From Candidatus Babeliales bacterium (GTDB taxonomy: Bacteria; Babelota; Babeliae; Babelales; JANWKD01): 19,053 bases of DNA. The translations under genes were made by a program, and so were the position numbers. The stretch covers positions 1-19,053 of the forward strand of contig CAVRJM010000004.1 of assembly GCA_963722075.1 (NCBI GenBank). Reading direction: 5' to 3'. Under the pieces are notes generated by a model that saw only the letters and a program-made list of their open reading frames with translations, was not told the origin of the DNA and ran no database searches. Below, in pieces: positions 8,553-16,807 of the stretch (positions are counted from its first letter, which is position 1; every line of letters starts with the position of its first letter).

Positions 8553-9151
8553 AAAAATTCCCCGATAATAATGTTCACTTTCATGTTCATTAAAAACTAA
8601 CACATTTTTAATTTTATCGTGTCAAGTTTCTGGGGTTCATTATAGCTAATGCTGATGAAGATAATTTGCGCAATGGGCTTCCTGATTTTTCAAATGCTAT
8701 CATAAATATTCATAAAATGATAAAAATAATAAAAAAAATGCAAGATATTAATATGGATTATAAAAATATATCTGATAATGTCACTTTGCTAGGAAATTAT
8801 ATAAATAGAGCAATAAATCAAGGTTCTGATTTGCTTTCATTGATAGATAATCTTGATAAATTAAATAAGCCTGAAAGCTTGCGCTGGTCAAAATCAGAGC
8901 AAAACGCTATTGAGAGAACATTCACTTATTTTTCTAATACTTTGCATGGTAGGGGAATTGATTCGGAAACTTATACTAATTTAAAACAAAAAATGGATAG
9001 GCTTAAAACAATATATCAATCAATACTTAATAAATTAAAATCTAAATTTCATATCTCTTTGTAAGCGATAAAGGCTTAAAAGCAATAAGTTGCTCACGAA
9101 TAACTTCTAAAGGGCGTTGTACATTAGGCAACCAAACCTTATTTACAGGAA

Positions 9152-10189
9152 TTACGCATAAACACTAGCATTGTTTTGATCTAGAGCCGTAATGCATCGA
9201 TTTAAAAAAGCAGGATTTTTTTTCTTAAGAGCTCTGATAGCGGTTTCTGCGTTTTTATAACCATTTTTTTTCATTTCCAATTGAACGAGAGAATATGCTA
9301 AAAGCACGGCACAAATATGGTCATATTGTGTAACTATTTTTCGAGAAAAACATTCCTGTAAACCTAAACTTTGCTTAGTAGTTCTATTTAATTTCTCTAT
9401 GCCCCATCGCTTTTTATAATTCATAGCATGTTGTTTTGGAGTAGCTTTATAGGTTGCTGCTTGGTAAACAATTGTTTCATTGCCATGCTTATCAATGCGC
9501 CTTACAGCGGTAATATATAAAGAAAGGCCGCGCCAAATAACTTGTACAGTTCGAGCCATTTGGCGGCCTTTTGGACGTATTTCTTTAATTTCACGCAGCT
9601 TTTTCTTTTTTCCTTTGTACTCAACAACACGATTACTATGCATGCGCACTTCAGTTTCAATGTTATTTTCAATAGCCCATTGTAGATACTTTACAGTAGC
9701 ATATGCACCATCTAAAACAGCAATAATTCGTGTATTAGGGAAAAGTTTTTGAGCGGTATTAATGAAATGTTGTACAGTAATTCTTAAAGCTTCGCTTGGA
9801 TTTGTATAAAATTCCTTACCAAAAGTAAAAGCAGCATTTATAGGCACAACAAACTTACGATCAGAAATAGCACCAATAATCAATTTGTATGCATTAATCG
9901 ACCTGCCTATCTTAGTATCAAAAAGCCATCCCGTACCTTCCATCATTTGAGAATGAATTTTTTTGATAGCCGTTTCATCTATAACTGCTAATAATTCTTT
10001 TTTATCAGCGAAAATTTGTTGTGCAATTTTTTTTGATTGTTCAAGGCTTTCATGACCTGGCCGTAACATTCGGCTAATGGTATCTCCGCTTTTTTTGATT
10101 ACCCTACCCATATTCTCAAAACTTCGTTTGCCAATATTTGTAAGAATTGTAAGAAATGGATAAGTTGCTATAGTATTAACGATGATCAT
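9152..10189 (-). CDS. DDE transposase, IS701/IS4-like
   Basis: VIDETAIKK, VLDGAYA and the Y-x2-R-x3-E-x6-K motif YKKRWGIEKLNRTTK; the stop codon lies inside the IR. Confidence 0.92.
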   Translation of the reverse strand: MIIVNTIATYPFLTILTNIGKRSFENMGRVIKKSGDTISRMLRPGHESLEQSKKIAQQIFADKKELLAVIDETAIKKIHSQMMEGTGWLFDTKIGRSINAYKLIIGAISDRKFVVPINAAFTFGKEFYTNPSEALRITVQHFINTAQKLFPNTRIIAVLDGAYATVKYLQWAIENNIETEVRMHSNRVVEYKGKKKKLREIKEIRPKGRQMARTVQVIWRGLSLYITAVRRIDKHGNETIVYQAATYKATPKQHAMNYKKRWGIEKLNRTTKQSLGLQECFSRKIVTQYDHICAVLLAYSLVQLEMKKNGYKNAETAIRALKKKNPAFLNRCITALDQNNASVYA

Positions 10190-10191
10190 TT

Positions 10192-10229
10192 TAGGCTCTC
10201 CCTTGAATTAGGCTTTTTGGGAGAGTCTA
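10192..10229 (-). promoter_or_regulatory. Hairpin sequestering the transposase ribosome-binding site
   Basis: Minus strand UAGACUCUCCC-N16-GGGAGAGCCUA-AA-AUG, 10/11 paired. Confidence 0.6.
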
Positions 10230-10514
10230 TTATTTTTTAAAAATACGTCTAGATCAAATCTTTAAATACTCTGCGGAAGTCCTGTATTTACATCATCCAT
10301 TAATCTATACCAAGCTCTTTGATTATACTTTGCAAACAGCATTCTTAACTCTCTGGAGCTCATAACATTCAGTGCTTGATTCAAGCCAAAGAGCTGCAAA
10401 ATCTTTGTTGGACTTAATTCAGGGTTATTGAAAATTAAATCAGCAAGATTTTTCATTAGCTAGTTTATAATCAAGCAAGGGAGGCCTTTTTGATTCAATC
10501 TCATCTAGATAATG

Positions 10515-10567
10515 CACTATTATTGAGTAGAGATGTTTTTAATCACACTCTTTACTCAATAATAGTG
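10515..10567. repeat. Long inverted repeat (15-bp perfect arms, extendable inward)
   Basis: cactattattgagta ... tactcaataatagtg, directly after the stop of 10569..11102. Confidence 0.85.
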
Positions 10568-10568
10568 T

Positions 10569-11102
10569 TTATTTGAGTACTTCTTTATTTTTTTCTAGAA
10601 AACTTGAAGAGTCATCACCTAAACGATCAATGACGTTTGCTATGTTTAATACAATATCTTTTAAATTTACGATTGTAGGCTTAACTTTTGCTTTGGGATC
10701 AAACTGCTTAGCTAAATCATCTGTAGTTGCAAATGCATTGGCAAAAATTAAATGAGAATTTCCCGGTGTTTTTCCTGCTAAGAATACATTAAACAATGGG
10801 GTAGATATTTTATTAGTTTTTATTACGGATTGTTGCAAATTATTAAAATCGACATCGCTAAGGCCGAGTACTTCATAATCTAAACTTTTAATATCTACTG
10901 CAAATGCTTTTAAGGTATCATTAAAGCCTTTACTTAACATAGCCTTTGTATTTTTGATTACATTTAAGCTTTTTTGTAATTTTTCTATCTTTTCTTGTAC
11001 TTTTGCAACTTGTCCTGGTCGTCCTTGACTCTGTGCTGCTTGAATTGATGTCAAAAATATGGCACTCAGTATAATAGTTGATAATTTAATAGAATTTTTC
11101 AT
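10569..11102 (-). CDS. Hypothetical secreted protein
   Basis: 177 aa; signal peptide ending IQA; AAAGGA RBS. Confidence 0.8.
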   Translation of the reverse strand: MKNSIKLSTIILSAIFLTSIQAAQSQGRPGQVAKVQEKIEKLQKSLNVIKNTKAMLSKGFNDTLKAFAVDIKSLDYEVLGLSDVDFNNLQQSVIKTNKISTPLFNVFLAGKTPGNSHLIFANAFATTDDLAKQFDPKAKVKPTIVNLKDIVLNIANVIDRLGDDSSSFLEKNKEVLK

Positions 11103-11320
11103 AATACATATCCTTTTTTTATTTTAAAATAATTGAATATTAGTACGGTTACTCCTATATTTAATTATAAATTAAAACTATTCAAATAGTCAATAACTGA
11201 TTAAGCTTATTTTCAAAGAACATTAATACAATCCAAATAAAGTGACTTTTATTTTTTCATCGGCAAGTCTGGTGCTCCTACATCAGAAATCTTTCTACCA
11301 AGAATTATAAAAAATAAAGA

Positions 11321-11764
11321 ATGAAAATGTGCATAAATACTTGTTTATTACTAAATGTATTTTCTTTTGCTATGAATGCCATGGAAGGTGATCTAAGCAA
11401 ACAAAGAGAAAGTGTACAGCGAAGCCTTGAAGCAGCAAGAAAAGAGCTCACTGAAAATAGACTGAATAGGTTAACTCGAACTGTAGCAAATTTAGAGTTA
11501 AGTGAAGAAGGGCTTATTGAGAGAGTTGAACGTCAAGAAAAACAACTAACTATTTTTAGAACATATGTTAGGGCTATGAATCCTAACTATGTACTAGAAA
11601 ATGGTGAATTTAATGAAGAATTTTATTGGGCGCATCAAGCAGAGCTAGAGGTATTAAAGAAAAATGTTGAAGAATCAAAAAAAAAATATCTAGAAGCAAA
11701 ACATGCGCGCCAACAATTTTTAGCAACACATAATGAGTTTGAAACCAATCAAAAAAACAACTAA
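11321..11764 (+). CDS. Hypothetical secreted coiled-coil protein
   Basis: 147 aa; signal peptide ending MNA/ME; E/K/R-rich heptads. Confidence 0.75.
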   Translation: MKMCINTCLLLNVFSFAMNAMEGDLSKQRESVQRSLEAARKELTENRLNRLTRTVANLELSEEGLIERVERQEKQLTIFRTYVRAMNPNYVLENGEFNEEFYWAHQAELEVLKKNVEESKKKYLEAKHARQQFLATHNEFETNQKNN

Positions 11765-11766
11765 TT

Positions 11767-11827
11767 ATGTATTGTGTATATAAAAGTAATATCTGGCCAT
11801 GTCTTTGCTGAAAAACGATTTTGGTGA
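11767..11827 (+). pseudogene. Miniature, internally deleted GIY-YIG remnant
   Basis: MYCVYKSN, then with a 1-nt shift SGHVFAEKRFW*. Confidence 0.5.
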
Positions 11828-11832
11828 TCACA

Positions 11833-12003
11833 AAAAGCTTCTCGTTGGTTTTTATAACCACTTTCATCAAAGCTAAAACTTTTAATAATGCCAAAATCTC
11901 TGACTTGGCAATATTTCTCTAGGCGAGCTACTTGCGCTGGCAGTGAATTGCCCGCTTCTTTTTGTTCTTCCATACTTACACAGGTGATTAAAATTGCTTT
12001 CAT
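11833..12003 (-). pseudogene. N-terminal fragment (~57 aa) of a serine recombinase, probably large-type, with a degenerate catalytic motif
   Basis: MKAILITCVSMEEQKEAGNSLPAQVARLEKYC...FDESG aligns with the resolvase motif RVST.EQ...SL.AQ, with R>C and T>M; truncated. Confidence 0.75.
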
Positions 12004-12156
12004 GATTGCTCTAATAATTATGGGTTAATCTTTTTAATGTTCTAGAGCTTATCACGAAGGGTGAAGAAGCGGTAGATAGTTGTAGCAAATAACTTGATGT
12101 GATAAAATTATTAACCAGTTATGTCGGTATAAAAACCATAAAAGAAAGTAACCCCC

Positions 12157-12687
12157 ATGAAATTGATAAATTATATACCAAGCTATATGGCAGCCATTAT
12201 ACTTCTATGTAACATACCCAATATACATAGCATGGATGATTCACTACTAGGCAAAAAACTTTGTAAGGCTTCAAAAAAAAATGATATTAAAAAAGTCAAA
12301 GAATTATTAAGCCAAGGTGCAAATCCTAATTATCTTCAAAGTACTTTAACCGATACACCACTTCTTTCTGCTGCATCTAGGGGCAATGTAGAAATAGTCA
12401 AAGTCCTAATTGATGCGGGTGCGAATGTTAATAAAGAACAACCTTCATTTGGCCATACTCCTTTACATTTTGCTGTTATTAGTCAACATTTACCTGTTGT
12501 GCTAGCGTTAATAGAAGCAGGCGCTAAAGTAAATACTGAAACTAAAATGGGGACTACCCCAATGGGAAACGCAGCTTATCATGATAACGTAGCTATCGGA
12601 AAAGAATTACTTAAACACGGCGCTTCTTTAACAGGAACTAGCGAGGAATGGAAGAAAAAATTGGCTGATAGTTTAATAAAAGAATAA
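12157..12687 (+). CDS. Ankyrin-repeat protein (about 4 repeats) with signal peptide
   Basis: TPLLSAASRGNVEIVKVLIDAGANVN and GHTPLHFAV...LIEAGAKVN. Confidence 0.95.
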   Translation: MKLINYIPSYMAAIILLCNIPNIHSMDDSLLGKKLCKASKKNDIKKVKELLSQGANPNYLQSTLTDTPLLSAASRGNVEIVKVLIDAGANVNKEQPSFGHTPLHFAVISQHLPVVLALIEAGAKVNTETKMGTTPMGNAAYHDNVAIGKELLKHGASLTGTSEEWKKKLADSLIKE

Positions 12688-12750
12688 CAAAAGCACATTT
12701 CCATCTTCAAATTTGAAAAAATATTCATAAAATTCTCAAAAGGGAAGATC

Positions 12751-13479
12751 CTACTTTTGTTTCTTATTTGTTTTTTTCACTATAGTACGATTCAAATATT
12801 TAAATAATGAAGTCATAGTTCTTTTTTTTGTAATTGTATGAACATGCCAACTCAAAAGGATTAACTTACAAACCAACCCTTCATTTAAGCGAACCAATGG
12901 ATGGGGATCATCTGAGCTACTATTATGTTTGAGTTTTATTTTAAAAGTAAGTCGTCTAAATTCTTTTGATTTTTCAAAATAAATGTAATCGTTCAAAGGT
13001 GTTTTTTGAATAGGTATTTTAATTATTAAACCTTTTGTTTGTAACTGTTGAAGTATAGCTAAGTTTTTAGTCTGTTCAGTAGAATCATTTTGTTTTTTCC
13101 CTCGTGACATCCACAATCTTGATTCCCACCTTGCTTGAAGCTCTCCTTCAGCATGTAAAAGCGCACATCTCAAAAGATAGAAATATTGTTGTAGCATGCA
13201 TAGTTCATTGTTATCAGTCAATTTAAAATATTTCATGTATTCCAGCAAAGCTTGGCTTATGATTTCTGCATGATAACCACAAACAGCAATAAGAATAGAC
13301 TCAATGAATTTTGCGTAATCATTTTTTGTTTTTCCTGTTGGAATTCTATTTGCAGCTATTATTTTTTTACTTAGTTCTTCCCAGTCCATTATATCATTCA
13401 AAAGGAGAAGCTCAGTATTTGCAAATAACAACATCCCTATAGAAGATTTAATTTTTTCTGCGGGTGATTTTAAAGCCAT
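12751..13479 (-). CDS. Hypothetical protein
   Basis: 242-aa ORF with no recognised motif; its start overlaps the end of the 13470-13691 remnant. Confidence 0.65.
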   Translation of the reverse strand: MALKSPAEKIKSSIGMLLFANTELLLLNDIMDWEELSKKIIAANRIPTGKTKNDYAKFIESILIAVCGYHAEIISQALLEYMKYFKLTDNNELCMLQQYFYLLRCALLHAEGELQARWESRLWMSRGKKQNDSTEQTKNLAILQQLQTKGLIIKIPIQKTPLNDYIYFEKSKEFRRLTFKIKLKHNSSSDDPHPLVRLNEGLVCKLILLSWHVHTITKKRTMTSLFKYLNRTIVKKTNKKQK

Positions 13480-13691
13480 GTGTTACACCTTAATGGTTTA
13501 TAATTGATTAAATGTTGTCGTACCTCACTGAAAGACCTACGCGCAATCTGCAAATTCACTTTATTTGCATCATTCATAAGCCTATACCAAGCCTTTTGAT
13601 TATATTTTGTAAACATCATTCTTAACTTTCCAGGGTTCATACTATTGAGTGCTTGCTTCAAGCCAAAGAGCTGCAAAATCTTTGTTGGACT
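13470..13691 (-). pseudogene. Second C-terminal fragment of the probable Rep-like gene
   Basis: SPTKILQLFGLKQALNSMNPGKLRMMFTKYNQKAWYRLMNDANKVNL...RQHLINYKPL. 13657-13691 is an exact 35-nt match to 10380-10414. Confidence 0.75.
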
Positions 13692-13694
13692 CAA

Positions 13695-13810
13695 CAAGCC
13701 GATTTTGTGAGATTTGATACAGAATCTGAATTTTGTTAAGCAAGGACATGATCGTTTCTTGATGAAGAGAGTACTTTTGATTACTACAAAGGGAGAGTAT
13801 ATGCGATTTG
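13695..13810 (-). repeat. Conserved leader segment, copy 2
   Basis: Homologous to 2257-2372 and fused directly to the C-terminal fragment. Confidence 0.9.
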
Positions 13811-13847
13811 CCATTAATTACTAGAAGTAAATCTATAAAAAGACGAG

Positions 13848-14636
13848 CTACTTGAGACAATCATATAAATATCCTCTCCACTCTTTTTCAACTTCATGAT
13901 CTGGTAGGCGTTTCATAAGCTCTAAACATTCTTTTTGAAAATCAATATCAGGAGAATGCTGCACTATAAGCCATGCATTCTGACAAGATTCTTTTCCAAA
14001 TTTCGACAACGTAGGCCAACCATGCAACGCAACAATCTCCTTAAGCTTTTCTGTATTATCATTATCAAGCTCAGAAAGTCCATCACCAAGCAACCACCAA
14101 GAGCTATTTGTTTCATGGATACCATCGAATATTCTTTTGCGAAGGTCTTGGCCCGCTTCAGCCATTTGCTTAAGCATCATTTTCACTTCATCTTGCGCAA
14201 ATGGTTCATTGCTATGACTTCGTATACGATCGTGTAAATACATAATCAATCTTTTTTCAACCTCATGATCTGGCAGACGTTTCATGAGTTCTAAACATTC
14301 TTTTTGAAAATCAAGATCAAGAGAATGCTGCACTAAAAGCCATGCATTTTGACAAGCTGCTTGTCCAAATTTTGACAATGTAGGCCAACCATGCAATGCA
14401 ACTATTTCCTTAAGTTTGCTTGTATTATCATTATCAAGCTTAGGCAGACCATACTCATGCAGAACATCATGAAGAGAACGTTTGGTTTCGTGGACTTTAT
14501 CTAATATTCTTTTGCGAAGATTTTGGTCTTCTTCAGCCATTTGTTTAAGCATTATTTTCACTGCATCATCAGCAGATAATTCTTTGCTATGAAGTACTAG
14601 AAAAAAAGTAATCAATATTAAAAAAAATTTTTTCAT
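13848..14636 (-). CDS. Secreted protein with two tandem DUF6624-like domains
   Basis: Signal peptide; duplicated D..NT.KLKEIVALHGWPTLSKFG..CQNAWL.VQHS.D.DFQKECLELMK; DNA repeat offset 369-375 nt. Confidence 0.8.
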   Translation of the reverse strand: MKKFFLILITFFLVLHSKELSADDAVKIMLKQMAEEDQNLRKRILDKVHETKRSLHDVLHEYGLPKLDNDNTSKLKEIVALHGWPTLSKFGQAACQNAWLLVQHSLDLDFQKECLELMKRLPDHEVEKRLIMYLHDRIRSHSNEPFAQDEVKMMLKQMAEAGQDLRKRIFDGIHETNSSWWLLGDGLSELDNDNTEKLKEIVALHGWPTLSKFGKESCQNAWLIVQHSPDIDFQKECLELMKRLPDHEVEKEWRGYLYDCLK

Positions 14637-14658
14637 ACATTTTCCTTAACTATTAAAT

Positions 14659-14823
14659 TTATTTTTTATTTTTAAAAACATCTTGTGGTTCTTTTCCAAA
14701 CTCTGATTGATCTTGCATAGATCGAAGAATTTTAATTTCTAACAAAGCTTGTTCTTCAATTTAAGCAATTTCATCTTTATCTAGGCGCTTTTCAAGATAT
14801 TTTTTAAAGCTTTTTGTTTTCAT
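14659..14823 (-). pseudogene. Degraded small gene, probably an internally deleted XRE-type regulator/antitoxin
   Basis: MKTKSFKKYLEKRLDKDEIA*IEEQALLEIKILRSMQDQSEFGKEPQDVFKNKK*. In-frame TAA at 14761-14763; starts 10 nt after the upstream HTH gene. Confidence 0.5.
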
Positions 14824-14833
14824 CTTTAGGCTT

Positions 14834-15250
14834 TTATTTACTCTTTTTCTTTGCATGCAAAGCTCGAGCACTTGAAGAATCAACATGCGGTTGCTTTATC
14901 ATTACAGGCTTTTTCAACCTTGGAAGATTTACTTTCACTTCAGCTTTTTGTTTTGTTTTTGTTTTAGGGGTAACCTTAATAGTAATATCTTGGCCCAAGA
15001 TATTTAAAAAACGAAAAAGTCTTTCAAGAGAAAAACCAGCTAATCTTCCTGTACTTAAAGCAGATATCTTTGGCTGATCTATTTCTAGAAGCTCTGCTGC
15101 TGCAACTTGTGTAAGGCCTTTTTGCTCAATTATTATGTTAATTTGATATGCAAGTTCTGCTTTAGCAAGTCTTTCTTCTAGATTTGAAAGGTCAAGATCT
15201 GCAAATACATTGCGTAAACCTCTAGGTTTTAAGTCGGTTATTTTGTGCAT
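14834..15250 (-). CDS. XRE/HTH_37 transcriptional regulator (HigA-like antitoxin), orphan
   Basis: NVFADL...LAKAELA...GLTQVAAAELLEIDQPKISAL..GRLAGFSLERLFRFL; the N-terminus may be substituted. Confidence 0.85.
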   Translation of the reverse strand: MHKITDLKPRGLRNVFADLDLSNLEERLAKAELAYQINIIIEQKGLTQVAAAELLEIDQPKISALSTGRLAGFSLERLFRFLNILGQDITIKVTPKTKTKQKAEVKVNLPRLKKPVMIKQPHVDSSSARALHAKKKSK

Positions 15251-15298
15251 TGGGTCTATTTATTTGTAAAAAGACTTTAAAATCACATAACATAATTT

Positions 15299-15535
15299 TT
15301 ACCACAATACACAAAAATCACATGGACATACTGATTGTTCTTCTTGTAATTTTTTAAGTCTATTATTTATCTTTAGTAATCGATGTTTCCTTTTTCGTTC
15401 TTTTGTAATCAAATCATCGAGCACATCAATTGCCGCCGTTTCCTGCGCTTCGGTTTTAGGCTCTAATTGTTGCATAGCATTAATTGATATTGTAAATAAT
15501 ATAGAAATAAAACAAATTGTTAAAAATTTTTTCAT
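15299..15535 (-). CDS. Small secreted hypothetical protein with C-terminal CPCDFC
   Basis: 78 aa; MKK start, hydrophobic core and INA/MQ cleavage site. Confidence 0.7.
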   Translation of the reverse strand: MKKFLTICFISILFTISINAMQQLEPKTEAQETAAIDVLDDLITKERKRKHRLLKINNRLKKLQEEQSVCPCDFCVLW

Positions 15536-15851
15536 AGTTATTAATTTTTTTCAATTAATTAAGGCAGAAAATTACTTAATAACTTCTCCTCTAGATCATA
15601 TAATAAAGATTATATTCAAAATATAATAAAAAAAATTGCGAAACAAATTTATTCAAAAGATTTAGTTCTTTTTATGTATTTTAATGCAATTTTTATACAA
15701 CACTAATTAACATAGCATTTTTCACCTGAGATGATAAGAACTTATAATTTTGCTATAACAAATTAAAATTGATAAAATCTGTAAACTCCTTAGAATTAAC
15801 GGAGTTTGGCCCTTTAGATGAATATTTTCTAATCAAATACTTTAAGAGATA

Positions 15852-16073
15852 TTACCACTTTCTATTCAATAAAAGACTTTCTCGGCTAAGATTTGTCTTT
15901 CTAGCAAGCTCAGTCATTTCTCGACCTTGTGCTTCATAAACATTTTTTAATGCAAGTAAAAAAACATTTGGATCTTCATCGGTAATTGCTACATTAAGAT
16001 AAGCTGATGCAAGTTCGGGATCTTGTAAATCTTGAATGAGTTTTTCTTGATAATCTCTAAATCTTCTTTTCAT
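15852..16073 (-). pseudogene. Truncated addiction-module antidote (HI1420-like)
   Basis: DPELASAYLN..DEDPNVFLLALKNV.EA...LSRESL, then lacks the YRMLS..GNP half present in the neighbouring paralog. Confidence 0.75.
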
Positions 16074-16105
16074 GATTCATTTAGATTTAAGTTATGCAAA
16101 AATAG

Positions 16106-16405
16106 TTATTTTTTTGGTGAGATATTAATTTGTAAATCCATTGCATCTACAATAGCAGTAATATTGTCCCATCGTGGATTGCCTGTCTTAGAAAGCATAC
16201 GATAGACTGTAGACCTGCTCATACTATTTTCTTTTGCTAGAGAGCTTTTATTTTCTTCATAGGCTTCTATAACATTTTTAAGTGCTACTAAAAAAACTCG
16301 TTTATCCTCATCTGCTAACGCTTCATTAAGATATGCAATCGCATATTCAGGATCTCTGAGTTTTTCTGCAAAATAATGTTTAAATTCTTTTAATTTTTTA
16401 GTCAT
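16106..16405 (-). CDS. Addiction-module antidote protein (HI1420-like HTH antitoxin)
   Basis: AIAYLNEAL.DED..VFLVALKNV...SRSTVYRMLSKTGNP. ATG 16405 lies 1 nt after the toxin stop, with an AAGGGG SD. Confidence 0.9.
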   Translation of the reverse strand: MTKKLKEFKHYFAEKLRDPEYAIAYLNEALADEDKRVFLVALKNVIEAYEENKSSLAKENSMSRSTVYRMLSKTGNPRWDNITAIVDAMDLQINISPKK

Positions 16406-16406
16406 A

Positions 16407-16724
16407 TTACCCCTTATATTGTTTCCAATACTCAATAGCTTTTTCTAGATCCCTATTTTGACTCTTTTTAAGACCGCCGGTAAGTATAATGACAATGGTC
16501 TTACCCTTTTTCCCAAAATAAATTCTATACCCTGGACCAACGTGAATTTTAAGTTCCGAAACACCGTCTCTTAATGGTTCACAATCACCAAAGTTGCCTA
16601 CACTCAACCTATCCAACCTCGTTGCTATAATTCGCTGAATATTTGCATCAAGATCATCAAACCATTTAGTAAATGGGCAAGTACCGTTTTTTGTCTCGTA
16701 AAGGATTATTTTGATAGCTTCCAT
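16407..16724 (-). CDS. Addiction-module killer protein (HI1419-like, RelE/HigB fold toxin)
   Basis: PFTKWFDDL...RL..GNFGD.EPLRDGVSELKIHVGPGYRIYFG...LTGG.KKSQNRD. Start reassigned to ATG 16724. Confidence 0.92.
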   Translation of the reverse strand: MEAIKIILYETKNGTCPFTKWFDDLDANIQRIIATRLDRLSVGNFGDCEPLRDGVSELKIHVGPGYRIYFGKKGKTIVIILTGGLKKSQNRDLEKAIEYWKQYKG

Positions 16725-16731
16725 ACCAATA

Positions 16732-16760
16732 AGTGTAGCATATATGGCACACATTATCAA
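16732..16760 (-). promoter_or_regulatory. Sigma70 promoter with overlapping palindromic operator for the TA operon
   Basis: TTGATA-N17-TACACT-N7-ATG. Imperfect palindrome gtgtagcatatatggcacac (16/20) at 16733-16752. Confidence 0.7.
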
Positions 16761-16807
16761 TAGTTTTAGATAATAAAGATGCACATTGTTTCTAGTATTT
16801 GTTAGAC

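Larger units (their letters stand above)
7333..8644 (-). mobile_element. IS3-family insertion sequence, copy 2 (1312 bp, inverted relative to copy 1)
   Basis: Same termini and identical proteins. TSD GCT at 7330-7332 and 8645-8647. One synonymous difference spotted (641 vs 8035). Confidence 0.95.
7276..9064 (+). pseudogene. Secreted hypothetical protein (157 aa reconstructed) split by IS3 copy 2
   Basis: MKKILLGIIIIGWALGVKA (7276-7332) joins in frame to NADEDNLRNGLPDF... (8648-9064) once the IS and one GCT copy are removed. Confidence 0.9.
9146..10284 (-). mobile_element. IS701-like (IS4 superfamily) insertion sequence, 1139 bp
   Basis: IRs caggaattacgca / caggacttccgca (11/13). 6-bp TSD TATTTA at 9140-9145 and 10285-10290. 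Confidence 0.9.
9042..10514 (-). pseudogene. C-terminal fragment of a probable Rep-like gene, frameshifted and interrupted by the IS701-like element
   Basis: HYLDEIESKRPPLLDYKLANEKS, frameshift, LADLIFNNPELSPTKILQLFGL...RLMDDVN, IS, KVWLPNVQRPLEVIREQLIAFKPLSLTKRYEI*. Homologous to 13470-13691 on both sides of the IS. Confidence 0.7.

Noticed and set aside
32..8644. Composite transposon or inversion bounded by the two inverted IS3 copies
   Set aside because: Each copy has its own matched TSD (ATA/ATA, GCT/GCT) and restores its own target gene. The outer flanks differ, so these are independent insertions with no inversion.
10262..10456. 64-aa ORF as a real gene
   Set aside because: Its start arises from a frameshift within a gene remnant, and its tail TGLPQSI is IS sequence.
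2146..12141. Motif ggt(t)ataaaaacca near 2146, 11846 (minus strand) and 12126
   Set aside because: Short and AT-rich; one copy is simply recombinase coding sequence. Such matches are expected by chance in a window this size.
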